The notes below the pieces were generated by a model. That model worked only from the letters and a program-made list of their open reading frames with translations. It ran no database searches and had not been told where the DNA came from. A DNA stretch of 64,000 nucleotides from assembly GCA_002269645.1 (NCBI GenBank), contig NIVC01002217.1, positions 77,099-141,098 on the forward strand. The letters are read 5' to 3'. A program made the translations under genes and the position numbers. The stretch is from Macrostomum lignano (taxonomy: Eukaryota). Positions 1-11,079 of this stretch are shown here, piece after piece (within the stretch, counting starts at the first letter, position 1; the number at the start of each line of letters is the position of its first letter).

Positions 1-842
1 CATGTAGGGTGTATGTAGCGTGGGCATTTGAGTTTCTATTAATATTCCTACTGCTGTGTGCCTGTCTGCAGTGCCATCATTCTTCTTTTTATGCTGCTTT
101 TTATAACTATGCGGGCAACTCTTTCATATGCTGAGCCAGGGGAAGGAAGGCTTCGTTGGGGCAGCCCCTGCAGCCAGCTGCAGTTCGTGGAATCAGCATT
201 GCGGGCAGGCGATTGTTACAGCTCAGCTGCATAAATATGGTATATGCTGTATTTATGTAAGATAAATGTAAACAATGTTTTTTTACAAATGGTATTGCCA
301 CGCCAAATACATGGTACAATGCAGACTACTTAAACGTGAGTTGAGAGTAGTTAACTACCCCGACGTCAATCCGACCCGACGTTCCCCGACGTTCGACGTC
401 AGCAATCCGACGTCGCTATAGACGCTATAAACTATCGACAATATACTATAATGTCTGACTATAGACTATACTACATCTAACTTACGATTACAAGCAATTT
501 TACCCATACGCGTAATGAGTATATATCGATCGATATAAGGACGTTCAAGGGCGAGGACGATCTAGTTATTTCGAATCTAGTCACATGAGTCAAATTCTCA
601 TTTTAGCATGCGCAGGCAGGCAGTTCGGGCACCTAGTTTGCACTCCGTGACCCCCCCCACCCAGCCTATCCACTTCCCTCTGCTCGAGCACATCCCAACG
701 CGCACTCAATGAACCGGAAATCTGTGACCAGACAATAAATATACAGGCACAGCCACATTCTATTTCTCCACCTTTTTGAGTGGCTAACTAACACTCGCAA
801 TAACCAGCCAGAGTTGCTCGCAGGAGTTGCAAGCAGGATCCA

Positions 843-3459
843 ATGGGGCTACTACAGCTACAGCCGCCATCCGCATTCAGCATCAGTGCGGACCCCCACA
901 CCGTCAGCAAGCGCTGGACAGAGTGGGCCACCACACTAAAGCGATTCCTGGCAGCATCAGGAATCTCGGACGACGCCCAGAAGCAGGAAATCCTCCTGTA
1001 CACCGCGGGAAAAGAGGTTGCAGACATCTTTAAAGAGATCTCAGAGTCGCGTCCCGCCACTGACCAGCCGGAGCAGCAAACGCTCGATTCACTCATAGCG
1101 GCGCTAACTCAGCACTTTCAAGGACGCGACAATGTGGTGTTCACCCGGTACCGATTCCGCCAGTGCGCGCAGCTGGACGGGGAAGCCATCGACAGCTGGT
1201 ACAACCAACTGTGCAACGCGGCTGAGGCCTACCAGTTCGGCGAGCTGCGTCAGTCCCTCATCCGCGACCAGATCGTCGCCTGCTGCCGCAGCGAATCCCT
1301 CCGAAAGCGGCTGCTCAACGTGCCCAACATCAGCCTCCCCGAGGCCCTCCAGCTGGCGAGAACAAACGAAGCAGCCAGCCAACAAGCGGCCATCATGGAG
1401 CGCTCGGCAGCCGGACCAGCTGAAGAAGTGCATGCGGCTCGCGGCAAGCGCTCCACCAGGCGCCCGCCAGCCAGCCCGGCCGACAAATGCCTGCGGTGCG
1501 GAGAGCCCGGCCACCGCACTTGCAACCGGGCCCAAGGCAAGCGCTGCAGCAACTGCGGCAAGCTGCACTACCTGGCGAAGGCCTGCCTAAGCGGCCGCGC
1601 ACGCATCAACATGGCAGAGCCTGAGCCAGAGGAACCAGCAGTGGCGCACCTGGAGGAGGCGGCATTCTCCAGCCTCGACCCCAGCCGCAAAAGCGCCACC
1701 TTCAAAGCGGTCATCAACGGCTCAAACGTACCCATTCTGATCGACAGCGGTGCGAGCTGCAATGTGCTTAGCCAGCGGACCCTTCATCTAACTGGAGCAC
1801 CCGAGCGGGCGTTTCAGCTCAAACACACAAGGATCTATACTCTCGGAGCAGCGAGGCCCTTGACACCGCTGGCCAGATCACTCTGCACACGAAGATCAAC
1901 GGCAACTCGGGGAGTGTGCTTCATCGTCATCAGAGAAGACTGCATCACAATTCTAGGTCGCGAAACAAGCACGCAGATGGGGATGCTGAGGTCGGACCGC
2001 CGGCCGAGACAGCTCTCACCCCCGGGCTGACACCAACAGTCAACGACCAGCACCTTCCGCAAGACCTGCGACTGTCATCGATCATGAAGGAGTTCAGCGA
2101 CAGGTTTCAAGAAATCGGCTGCATTAAGGGCGTCTCAGTCAGCATCCAGCTGAAGGAAGAAGCGGTGCCAGTCTGCCACCCTCCGTCTCGAGTTCCGGTG
2201 CATCTTCGAACCGCCGTGGAAAAGGAGCTGAAGGACCAGCTAGCAGCCGGCATCCTGGAGCGAGTGACGGGGCCCAGCGCTTGGAGTTCACGCATGGTGG
2301 TCGTTCCAAAGGCCTCGCCAGGCGAGATCCGCATCACGCAGGATCCGAGGGACGTCAATAAGTACGTCATCCCAGAAAAACAGCCAATACCGACATTCGA
2401 AGAAGTCACCGACGAGATGGCCGGCTCCACCTATTTCTCCGAACTAGACGTTGCCAAGGCCTTTCACCAGATCGAGGTCAGCGAGGAGTCCCGGCAGCTG
2501 CTTACTTTCTCAACGCCTCTGGGCCTGCTCCGCCTCAAGCGCCTTTGCATGGGATTTACCTCAGCATCCGAAATCCTACAGCGCGTCATGACATCTATCC
2601 TGAGCGGTTTGAGAGGCGTGCGGTCGGTCCACGACGACATCATTATCTTCGCAAGCACCATAAAGGAGCACAACGAGAGGCTGCCTGCCTTGACAGGCTG
2701 CGCCAACACAACGTGACTCTGAACCCCCCCCCCAAATGCCGCATTGCAACCCAGCAGGCCGACTTCCTGGCCATGCGCTTCTCGGCGGGCGGAATCCAAA
2801 CGACCGAGGAAAAGCTGGAGGCTGTGGCCAACTTCAAGCGACCAGAAAATGCAACGGAGGTGCGGTCCTTCCTCGGACTCGTCACATTCGTAGCCCGCGT
2901 CATCCCAAACCTCGCCGACAAAGCGAGGCCACTTCGAGAGCTGACCAAGAAGAGCGTGAAATGGTCGTGGGGCCCACAGCAAGCCTCAGCCTTTCAGTTA
3001 ATCAAGCTGTCGATCGCTCACAGCACGACCTTCTTCAACAAGAACTGCGAGACCAGGTTGATCGTCGGCGCCAGCCCGACCGGCCTCATGGCGATCCTCG
3101 CCCAGGTGCAACCTGGCGGCCTCACCAGGCCAATCGCCTACGCCAGCCGCAGCCTCAGTGACACCAAGCAGCGCTACTCGCAGACAGAGAGGGAGGCACT
3201 GGCCGTCAAATTTGGTTGCTTCAAGTTCCACCACTACCTTAGCGGCTGCCCAAAGTTCAAAGTCATCACCGACCACAAGCCGCTGGTCAGCCTGCTCAGC
3301 CCCGGCTCGCGGCCCCCGCCGCGGATCGAGCGCATGGCACTTCGGCTGCAGGATCTCCACTTCGAAGTCACCTACCAGCCGGGCGCAGACAACCCGGCAG
3401 ATGTCCTGAGCCGCCAGCCACGTCCAAACACCGCCAAACACCGCCTAACAGCATGCTAA
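843..3459 (+). mobile_element. Degenerate Ty3/Gypsy LTR retrotransposon gag-pol (gag, zinc knuckles, protease, RT, RNase H), frameshifted and truncated before integrase
   Basis: Three overlapping ORFs (843-2030, 1916-2716, 2545-3459) carry in order: gag with Cys/His knuckles CLRCGEPGHRTC and CSNCGKLHYLAKAC; aspartic protease LIDSGASCN; RT motifs (SELDVAKAFHQI, RLCMGFTSASEILQ, VHDDIII); RNase H (PIAYASRSLS..QRYSQTEREALAV, VITDHKPL, NPADVLSR). Frame changes near ~1870-2030 and ~2690-2735 (next to a poly-C run). GC-rich sequence stops abruptly at ~3455 with no integrase or 3' LTR. 5' LTR not delimited. Confidence 0.93.
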
Positions 3460-3662
3460 AGTTAGTTTGTTAATGTACATGTACATTTATAAGAAAAAAT
3501 AACAGTGCATGGACAGTTTTACTCTCTTCTAAATTAAAAAAAAAACTATTTTGGAGGTGGCTAAAACACTCATGTAACTGACTGCAATTTAATTTGGTCA
3601 TGAATTTATTATGATTTTTAAATTTGCTTCAAAAACCTCTGCTGCTTCTTACCGTGAGCCAT

Positions 3663-4030
3663 TAGGCTTTTTATATTACCGATTCCAGAACCAGAATCAG
3701 TTTGAAGCTTTTCATATTGCTGTTCCGTTTTCAGAATCGGTTCCAGAATCATGTTCTGGTTCTGGAATTTGGATTGAGAAAATTTCTGGACGTTTTGATG
3801 TTCACACTTTAACAGTAAAATGTGTTTGAAATCATCAATTTTTAATTGTTATTTAATTAATTATTCCCTTTTTTGTCATATCCAAGAGGAAACAAAGTCA
3901 AGGAAAGACAAAAAAAAATTTGAAAGACTGACAAACGCAGAATGGGTTCGAAGCTTTTCATTTTCCTACTGATTCTGGTTCTGGAATCGGGATTACTCTG
4001 GTTCTGGAACCAATCTTCGTGAAAAGCCTA
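3663..4030. mobile_element. MITE-like element with inverted subterminal repeats
   Basis: GATTCCAGAACCAGAATCAG (3681-3700) is the exact reverse complement of CTGATTCTGGTTCTGGAATC (3969-3988). Outer TAGGCTTT (3663) pairs with AAAGCCTA (~4023-4030). Internal TTCCAGAA/TTCTGGAA motifs recur. No ORF. Confidence 0.6.
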
Positions 4031-4767
4031 AAAGAAGACAAAAAGTGAGCATCAGTAGTCTTCTAAGTTAAAAATTATATAAGAAAAAAATGCGCAGGTA
4101 TTGTGTGAATTATTCGATTAGTTTGTGAATTATTTTCAATTAGTTTGTCGACTACTAATGTACAAATTTACTAAGAATTAATGTTTTTCTTATACTACGT
4201 AAATAATGCTCAATTGTAGTTTTAAATTTTTTCACACCTTGAAAAACTTTTAAATTGCGATGAAAATGTTTGGCTTAACAAAACAGAACAGTCAGTTGCA
4301 TTCACTGTTTGACCTGTTTCCACGTCTGTCACCGTTAACAGTCTATCTCACCACTATCTTGTCACTTGACTATGATCTCATGATACTCAAGTCTATTTTG
4401 TACTGTACTTGCCTAAATTTTCTAAACAAAAATCAAATGGTGCAGGCACTATCTATAACTTAATAACTAATAACTGGCTGCATTTTGTGCATATTTTCTT
4501 GAGCAGCATAAGCATTAGAGCAGAAAGTATGGACAATCATGTTTACTGGTGCAATTTTGTAGGCCTAGAAAATCTGGATGAATTTTTGTTGTTGTTGCTG
4601 TTGCATAGTCTAGATAATTTAATCTAAGTCATTATATTGGTAGTCATAGATAGTATGATAGATCTAGAAAATTTTGAGTAAGGTGGTCTGACAGCACAGA
4701 CTAAGTCTAAGGTATCTTTGCTTTTGATTGTTTATTTATTTGATAATGTAGGGCCTAGTACAAATTC

Positions 4768-6040
4768 CAGTTGTTTTGCCCCTAAACCATTTCGGCCACC
4801 ACAGCCAGGAAGACGGTAGAATCCTCGGAATTTTCCGGCGCAAATCAGCAATTTGCCGGCGCATGGCGCACATTTCACTGCGCCGCGCGCATGGGCTCGG
4901 CGCATCGGCGCATGGCTCGGTGCATCGGTGCATGGCTCGGCGCATGGCGCACAAGGTACGTCAGTGTACGTGACAATATAATAATGAATAATAAAAAAAC
5001 GTATATTAAATGTCAATCAATCAATAAAATAAACGATAGTCATCACGATAGTCATTATTTCCAATGTTGTTTCTATTTCAAATTTCATTAATCAACTTAA
5101 CAAACTTAACAAATTTGCGCCTTTCGCGGCTTTTGTTGCGTCTTTTTGCTTATATTTTGCAAATAGAAGCCATGATTGAACTGCTTGAACTTCCATTGAT
5201 ATTGATTCAATTTAGATACTTAATACTTGATGGTGCTTTTTCAAGTGTATTTTTCTCGGCGCATGGCGCACAAGTAATTTTTTTTTCTCGGCGCACGCGG
5301 CGCACAACAAAAATTTTGATGGATGTTATTCCGGCGCACACGCTGCACCTTCCTGACCATGGTTCGGCCATAGACATTTTGCCCCTAGACCATTTCACCC
5401 ATAGTCCATTTTGCCCATAAACCAGTTTGGCTATTGTAGTGTAGTGTAGTGTAATTTTGGCTTAGGCAAGCAGTAGGCTGAAGGCATTTTGGCCAAAATT
5501 GGGATTAGGCCCTATGATGTAATTTAAAGATATAGCAATGCAATATAGTATAGGCCTAATATCTTTATTTTTTCTTCAATGCTGATTTTTAGTTTTAATG
5601 TGTAATCAAAAATGATCTGAATTGTTGCTATAACAATTGTGTTATTGCATTATTGCAATTTTGTTTATTACAATTGTGAATTCTTATGTTATGAGTTTTT
5701 AAAGTTATTCCTTTAAAAAAGTGCAACAATTAAAGCCAATTTGAACAATCAAAGGGTGAGAAAAGGTTTGGCCTAGAATGAATTGAATTGAAGTTACAAT
5801 ATACATGTATAATTATTTCTCAGTCAGTCAGTATTGCAATACACTACTATTCTTTTTTCCTTTACTTCTAAGTTACTTTTCTCCAAGTTTAGGCATTCGT
5901 TGCCACCTTGGCCAAACTGGGACAATTGGAGGCAAAATGGTCCATGGCCAAAATGGTCTATATAGGCAAAACAGTCTGTGGGCGAACTGGTCTAAGGGCA
6001 AAATGTCCATGGCCAAAACAGTTTATAGGCAAAACAACTA
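4768..6040. mobile_element. Non-autonomous foldback/TIR DNA element with arrays of subterminal repeats, interrupted by a nested insertion
   Basis: Left end CAGTTGTTTTGCC (4768) mirrors right end GGCAAAACAACTA (~6028-6040). Repeated TTTTGCCC..AGACCATTT units at 4770-4797 and 5360-5435 mirror GGCAAAATGGTC units at 5930-6035. Confidence 0.6.
4806..5355. mobile_element. hAT-like non-autonomous DNA transposon (~550 bp) nested in the foldback element
   Basis: Termini CAGGAAG (4806-4812) and CTTCCTG (5349-5355). Flanking 8-mers ACCACAGC / ACCATGGT look like a diverged 8-bp TSD. GGCGCATGGCGCACA-type motifs are clustered near both ends. Confidence 0.5.
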
Positions 6041-6699
6041 GTTACCCATAGTACCTATGGATACAATATAAAAAATAATAGGCCCTATATCTAATTTAAT
6101 AGGGTCAGGGTTACTTTCTGTATTTTCCCCAAAATTTTTTAGGCTATTAAATTGGTATTAATAAAAACATAATTAGCTAAGTCATGGTTCCACACAATAA
6201 AAATTGCATCAAATTCTGGGTTGATATATGTTTGATATTTCAATGTAGAATATAATATTGGATTTAATTTGAAATTTTCTATGTTAAAGTAGTGAGAGTA
6301 TTAACATATATCCTAAACAAATTTAATGCAACAGTTTTTTTACTTTCTTAATTGATATTCTAATTCTTAAGCTAATTCATTAAATTCAATATAATATTTC
6401 CTATAAGGCCTACTAAACTCATCTTGAGTTTTTAAGCTAATTCAAAAATAATGTAATGTACTTGTCTTTGGTAAAAGCCAGCTAGCCACTTTGGTAACAA
6501 AGTAGTTTTACAATTATAAATTGTCAATGGTCTAGGAAGTAAGAAGGATAAGGTGGTACCTTATACTAATGATCCCACGGCATTCCTTTTGTTAATAATC
6601 ACTTTAAATAGAGACTCAAATCAATCAATTACTTCAAATAGTGACAATCACTACTAAAAACAATTGTAAGACAAAATCCAATAGTTTTTCCAATTAAAT

Positions 6700-7610
6700 G
6701 CAAACCAAAGCTAACTGTAGGAAAACTTGTCAAATAATTTCAAATGTCAAGTTGCAAGTTTGAGTTGGTAGCCTATATATATATCATCTTTGGTTTGCAA
6801 TTACCCAAATGTATATTGCCCATTGAAATGATTGTGAAGCAAAGCTAGCTGTAGGAAAGCCTGTCAAATAATTTCAATTGTCAAGTTGCAAGTTTGAGCT
6901 GGCAGCTTATATATATCACCTTTGGTTTACAATTACCAAAACATGTATTACCTATTAAAATTATATTGAACCAAAGCTGGCTATAGAAAAGTGTGTCAAC
7001 TATGACAAATAGTCACATGCAGAAAACAACTATGATCATTCTAGATTGAGGGCATCAAAATCCTCCCTTACTTTCAACCCCTTCTCCTTCACCTTTGGTT
7101 TACAATCACTTCTACATGCACTTTGTTGAAATGATTGCAAACCAAAGCTGGAAATATTACCTTTATGGTTTACCTTAAGTGCATATGTTTACATACAATA
7201 TTAATTTTAACCTAGCTTCAGTTCATGATCATTTCTATTTGCATTACACATTCAAATGATCGTATACCAAAGCTAATATATATATAAGCATCATCCAACA
7301 AATTGCACTTTCAACTTTGCATATTTTTTGTTTTTTGTTTTAAACATGCCATTTTTGCGCTGCAATTGAGCAAAATGTAAGATGATCTAAAACCAAAAGT
7401 GGCAAAATTGAAGGTGATTGTAAACTGGAAGTGGCAAAATGGAAAGTGATTGTAAACCAAAAGAACACCAATCTCGCAATAGGTCTGGCATAAGGCAGGC
7501 TATGTGTAAACTGGAAGTGGCAAAATAGAAGGTGATTGTAAACCAAAGGAATGCCAATCTCACAATAGGTCTGGCATAATGCAGGCTGTGTGTAAACTGG
7601 CATTGTCATG
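6700..7610. repeat. 134-bp tandem duplication plus nested direct and inverted repeats (GTAAACCAAAG / CTTTGGTTTAC)
   Basis: GTCAAATAATTTCAA at 6729 and 6863. GAAGGTGATTGTAAACCAAAG units at 7410-7550 are inverted relative to CCTTTGGTTTACAATCAC at ~7092. Confidence 0.7.
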
Positions 7611-10600
7611 CAAAAGGAGTAGACCAAGTTCTAGGGTCTATGGCCAATTTTTGTGCAAAGTAGGCCAAAGATAGTGATAGTGAATTATAAAGCTCCAATA
7701 AGGCTGCTAGTTAATTTTTTGGCCTTAAAACATGCAGTAAATAAGAATAAAGCCAAAATTGTCATAGCATGCATGCAATTTATCTTGTCAACTCCCTTGG
7801 CTTGTCACAAAACTGGTCTTAATGGCTAGACAGAATTTTTTGGCTGCCACTCAGAGTTCTGGCTTTTGAGGTTGGGCTCATATAAACAAATCCAAGTCTC
7901 TTATCAAGTGCAATAATATGGTCTAAGAAAGCCAAACCCTTTGTCCTAAATTAATGCAAAAGCTACTAAGCAGTTGCTACCTGGCATACTTTGTTATCTG
8001 TGAGATAGTTTAAATAAATTAGGACATTTTATTTATAATATTTTTTTGGCCTATAAGCTATATATTAAGTTATAGAATCTACCTTTAAACTTTAAATAAA
8101 GAGTTGGAGTCTGAGTGGGACCTTTCCTAATGATTTTTATTCATCTTTAGATCATAGCACCCATGGAACATACTTTAAGATGTTGGCCATCTTCATGTCT
8201 TATCAAATAGTAATATTAGAAGCCATTCATATTCAAAAGACCTGGCATAGTCTTAAGGTTGGCATATATTTATTTTACTCCTTGAACAATTCTAAGTAGC
8301 ACGAGTCTCTTGACACCCCCTTTGGCAAAGTTGCTTAAGTAGACATTGGTAGGCTGTCTCAAAGTCACTTGCCTCAGTTGATATGTCAACTAAAAGGCTA
8401 GGATCTTTAGAAAATCTCCTCCACTCTCCATTCCAACTTTTGCAACAAACTTAGAACCAAAAGGCACCCTCCAATGTTGCAGCATGTAATCAATGAGACC
8501 TATTAGGTCCCTATAGAATATAACGGCAGCACTTTTTCTGACTGCTGCTGATCACAAACTCTGTATTGATCACCAAAAATGTTTGCTGAGACTGCTGTCT
8601 AGCTGCTGCAACTTTGACTCTAGACCTGCTTCAATTAAATTCTACCCATTTTACTTATAGAATTATTGTGCTATAGTCCTTGTTTGCTATTTGCTTAGAC
8701 TTAGCACCTGCTAAAAGCAACTCATTTCAGATGCTGAGATGGGCAAATCATAGAAAGCAGCCAAGTTTTTAGCTTGTAATATAGCTAGGACATTGAGTTT
8801 CAGATTCTACCCATAAGTAGTTAATTGAATTTGAGTATCACTATGCTTATCAATATGATCCTCTTGATCACTTTGGCTGCATGCATCTTAGCACCTTGCT
8901 AGTCTATAGAGTACATGGTGCACATTTTCCCTGAATTGAGTGATGGTATAGCAGTGACTGATTCCTTGCTAGAGGATGCAAAGGCAGTATTGGCAGATTT
9001 TGGCTAGCAAAGCTATAGGCAGCTGGTTGTTAGATGTCTTTGGCTAGCCAATTGGAGAAGACAAAACTTTGGCAGAGCCAAGCCCCTGACCAATTGTAGT
9101 CATCTGGGTGACTTCACATAGATCACATTGGAATAAGGGATTTTGGTGTATAACTACTGTTTGCTTCACTTGTGAAAAGTTGTATCATTTGGGCAGAGCA
9201 TCCATTGGCTTCTTACCATTATTGACATCAAGAAGTTTATGACACCAAATGCATAAATATGCTAGGAGACTTTTATTAGTGATATCAATGTTTTCAATAA
9301 AATGTCAATTGATGTATTATATATTTGTATCATGAATATATGCATGAGATGCTCCTTTTTTAAAGCAGACCAGGCATATTCTTAATTGGTTCTCCAAATG
9401 AGTTAAAGCCATTGAAGACATTGCAGAGCTACCAAAAGTGCTATAGAAACTGATTATAGATTAGAACTTTTCTCTCTAATCATTGTGAGATATTTATTGA
9501 GTTTGTAGTACATGATTATACATGTTTATTTAATCTTAAAAGTTGGTCTACTTGTAGGCATGAAATTTTCAGACAAGTGCAATATCATGATTTTCTAGTT
9601 GGTTTTAAATATGTTAAGCTTACAGAAATTTTTAGAAGCTTCCAGGTTTGTGTGCAGAGGTAAATAAATGTCATTGACTGACATAGAGCAACCCAGATTC
9701 AAGTTTTAGCTACAGTGCTATAGTACCAATCTATGTACTTTAAGCACTTCAATTCATAGAAGGCTTCACAAATGGTGAGAACTTTCTGTTTTACCCAATA
9801 CATAGTGTAAAAGTATGGCATACTGCTTATATAACTTATTCAATCAAAATATGTATTTTTATTTTTAGCAAGCCAAGATTTTAGAACTGGGACTTAAAAG
9901 ATATTTGTCTGCTTAATGAAGTTGTCTTCTCTACTAGCAAATAAAAAAAGGCTAGACAAAACTATTACACACTATGTTAGGGGCCTATAAAACTGTATAA
10001 TTTTAATGTTATAAAATAAGCTAATAAACAATATACAACAAATATCAGTTGGACATTTTATAATAAAATTTTGCCCGTTTTTTTAATTTCTAGGCCCTAT
10101 TTTTACAATAGGAATACCAAGCTATTCTTTTACCTATCAAAACTGCCAATTGGGAAGGAAGATCCCCCTCCTAGCAATTTTTCTATGCCAGAATGGAGCA
10201 ATATAGGCATACAAAATTCAAGAATGTAGGCTAACTTTTCGTGTGTACCTTTCAAGCAAGAATCAACTTTACAGTCGATTCTTAACAACTTTGCCATGTT
10301 GGATTTTTCCCATAAGTGCTATTGTATTCAATGTACTATGCATCAATCAGCACTGCACTTCCAGCTTTGCCAAGCCTTAAAATTTCATCAGCACATTGAC
10401 CACATGTTTGGCATCAGCTCTAGCTTTGCTTGTCACTGACTTTCACCCAGGCGGAGCTTCTAGACCTTCAGCAGGTGGCGCCAAGAGACTATGGACAACC
10501 TGTTGCAAATTTCTCTAATTTTTCTAATCAAGCCTTTATAATAGACATAGCTCAACTGCTGAAAATCCTCAGCTAGTCTCTCAACCATTCCAAGTGGCAC

Positions 10601-11079
10601 CAGGTGACTTAGTGTTGCAACCAGTGTAATTTCAGAGTTTGCACATGTATGTTGCAACTAGAGCCAACAAGTTCTTTTTTGTTAAAACCAAATTGCACAG
10701 CTAGTGGAAATTATTCATAAAACACCAGTTAAATATTCATCATAGACTTAGCTCCCTAACATATTATAATGCAAAGTATCTAGTTGCAATAGTAACAATT
10801 ATTTAATGCTGAGGACTGATGCTATTTTTTAACTGCATTAATAATTTTGTGATTCAAGTGAGTGAAAAACTTAAAAATTAATCATGATCCATTTCTGCAC
10901 TTGCTATAAAGAAACATACAATCAAGCGTAAATAGTTCCAAGGCTCAAATTACTGAAAGCAAGATTCGACACAGTTTCAGAATATCAACCTAATGCGCAC
11001 CTAAGGCAGCTGCACAGCTGGCTGACCTCAATTACAACTGTGCATTAACAATACAGAGTGACAATAAACAAACAAATCA

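Noticed and set aside
560-800. 5' LTR and primer-binding site of the Gypsy element
   Set aside because: AATAAA at ~734 is suggestive, but there is no second LTR for comparison and no clear TG...CA boundary or tRNA-complementary PBS.
8400-10800. Decayed protein-coding ORF or alternative genetic code in the CpG-free block
   Set aside because: Manual translation of several frames gave stops every ~20-35 codons and no recognisable motif (LADFG, CDLC and CQYC are compatible with chance). It cannot be supported without a profile search.
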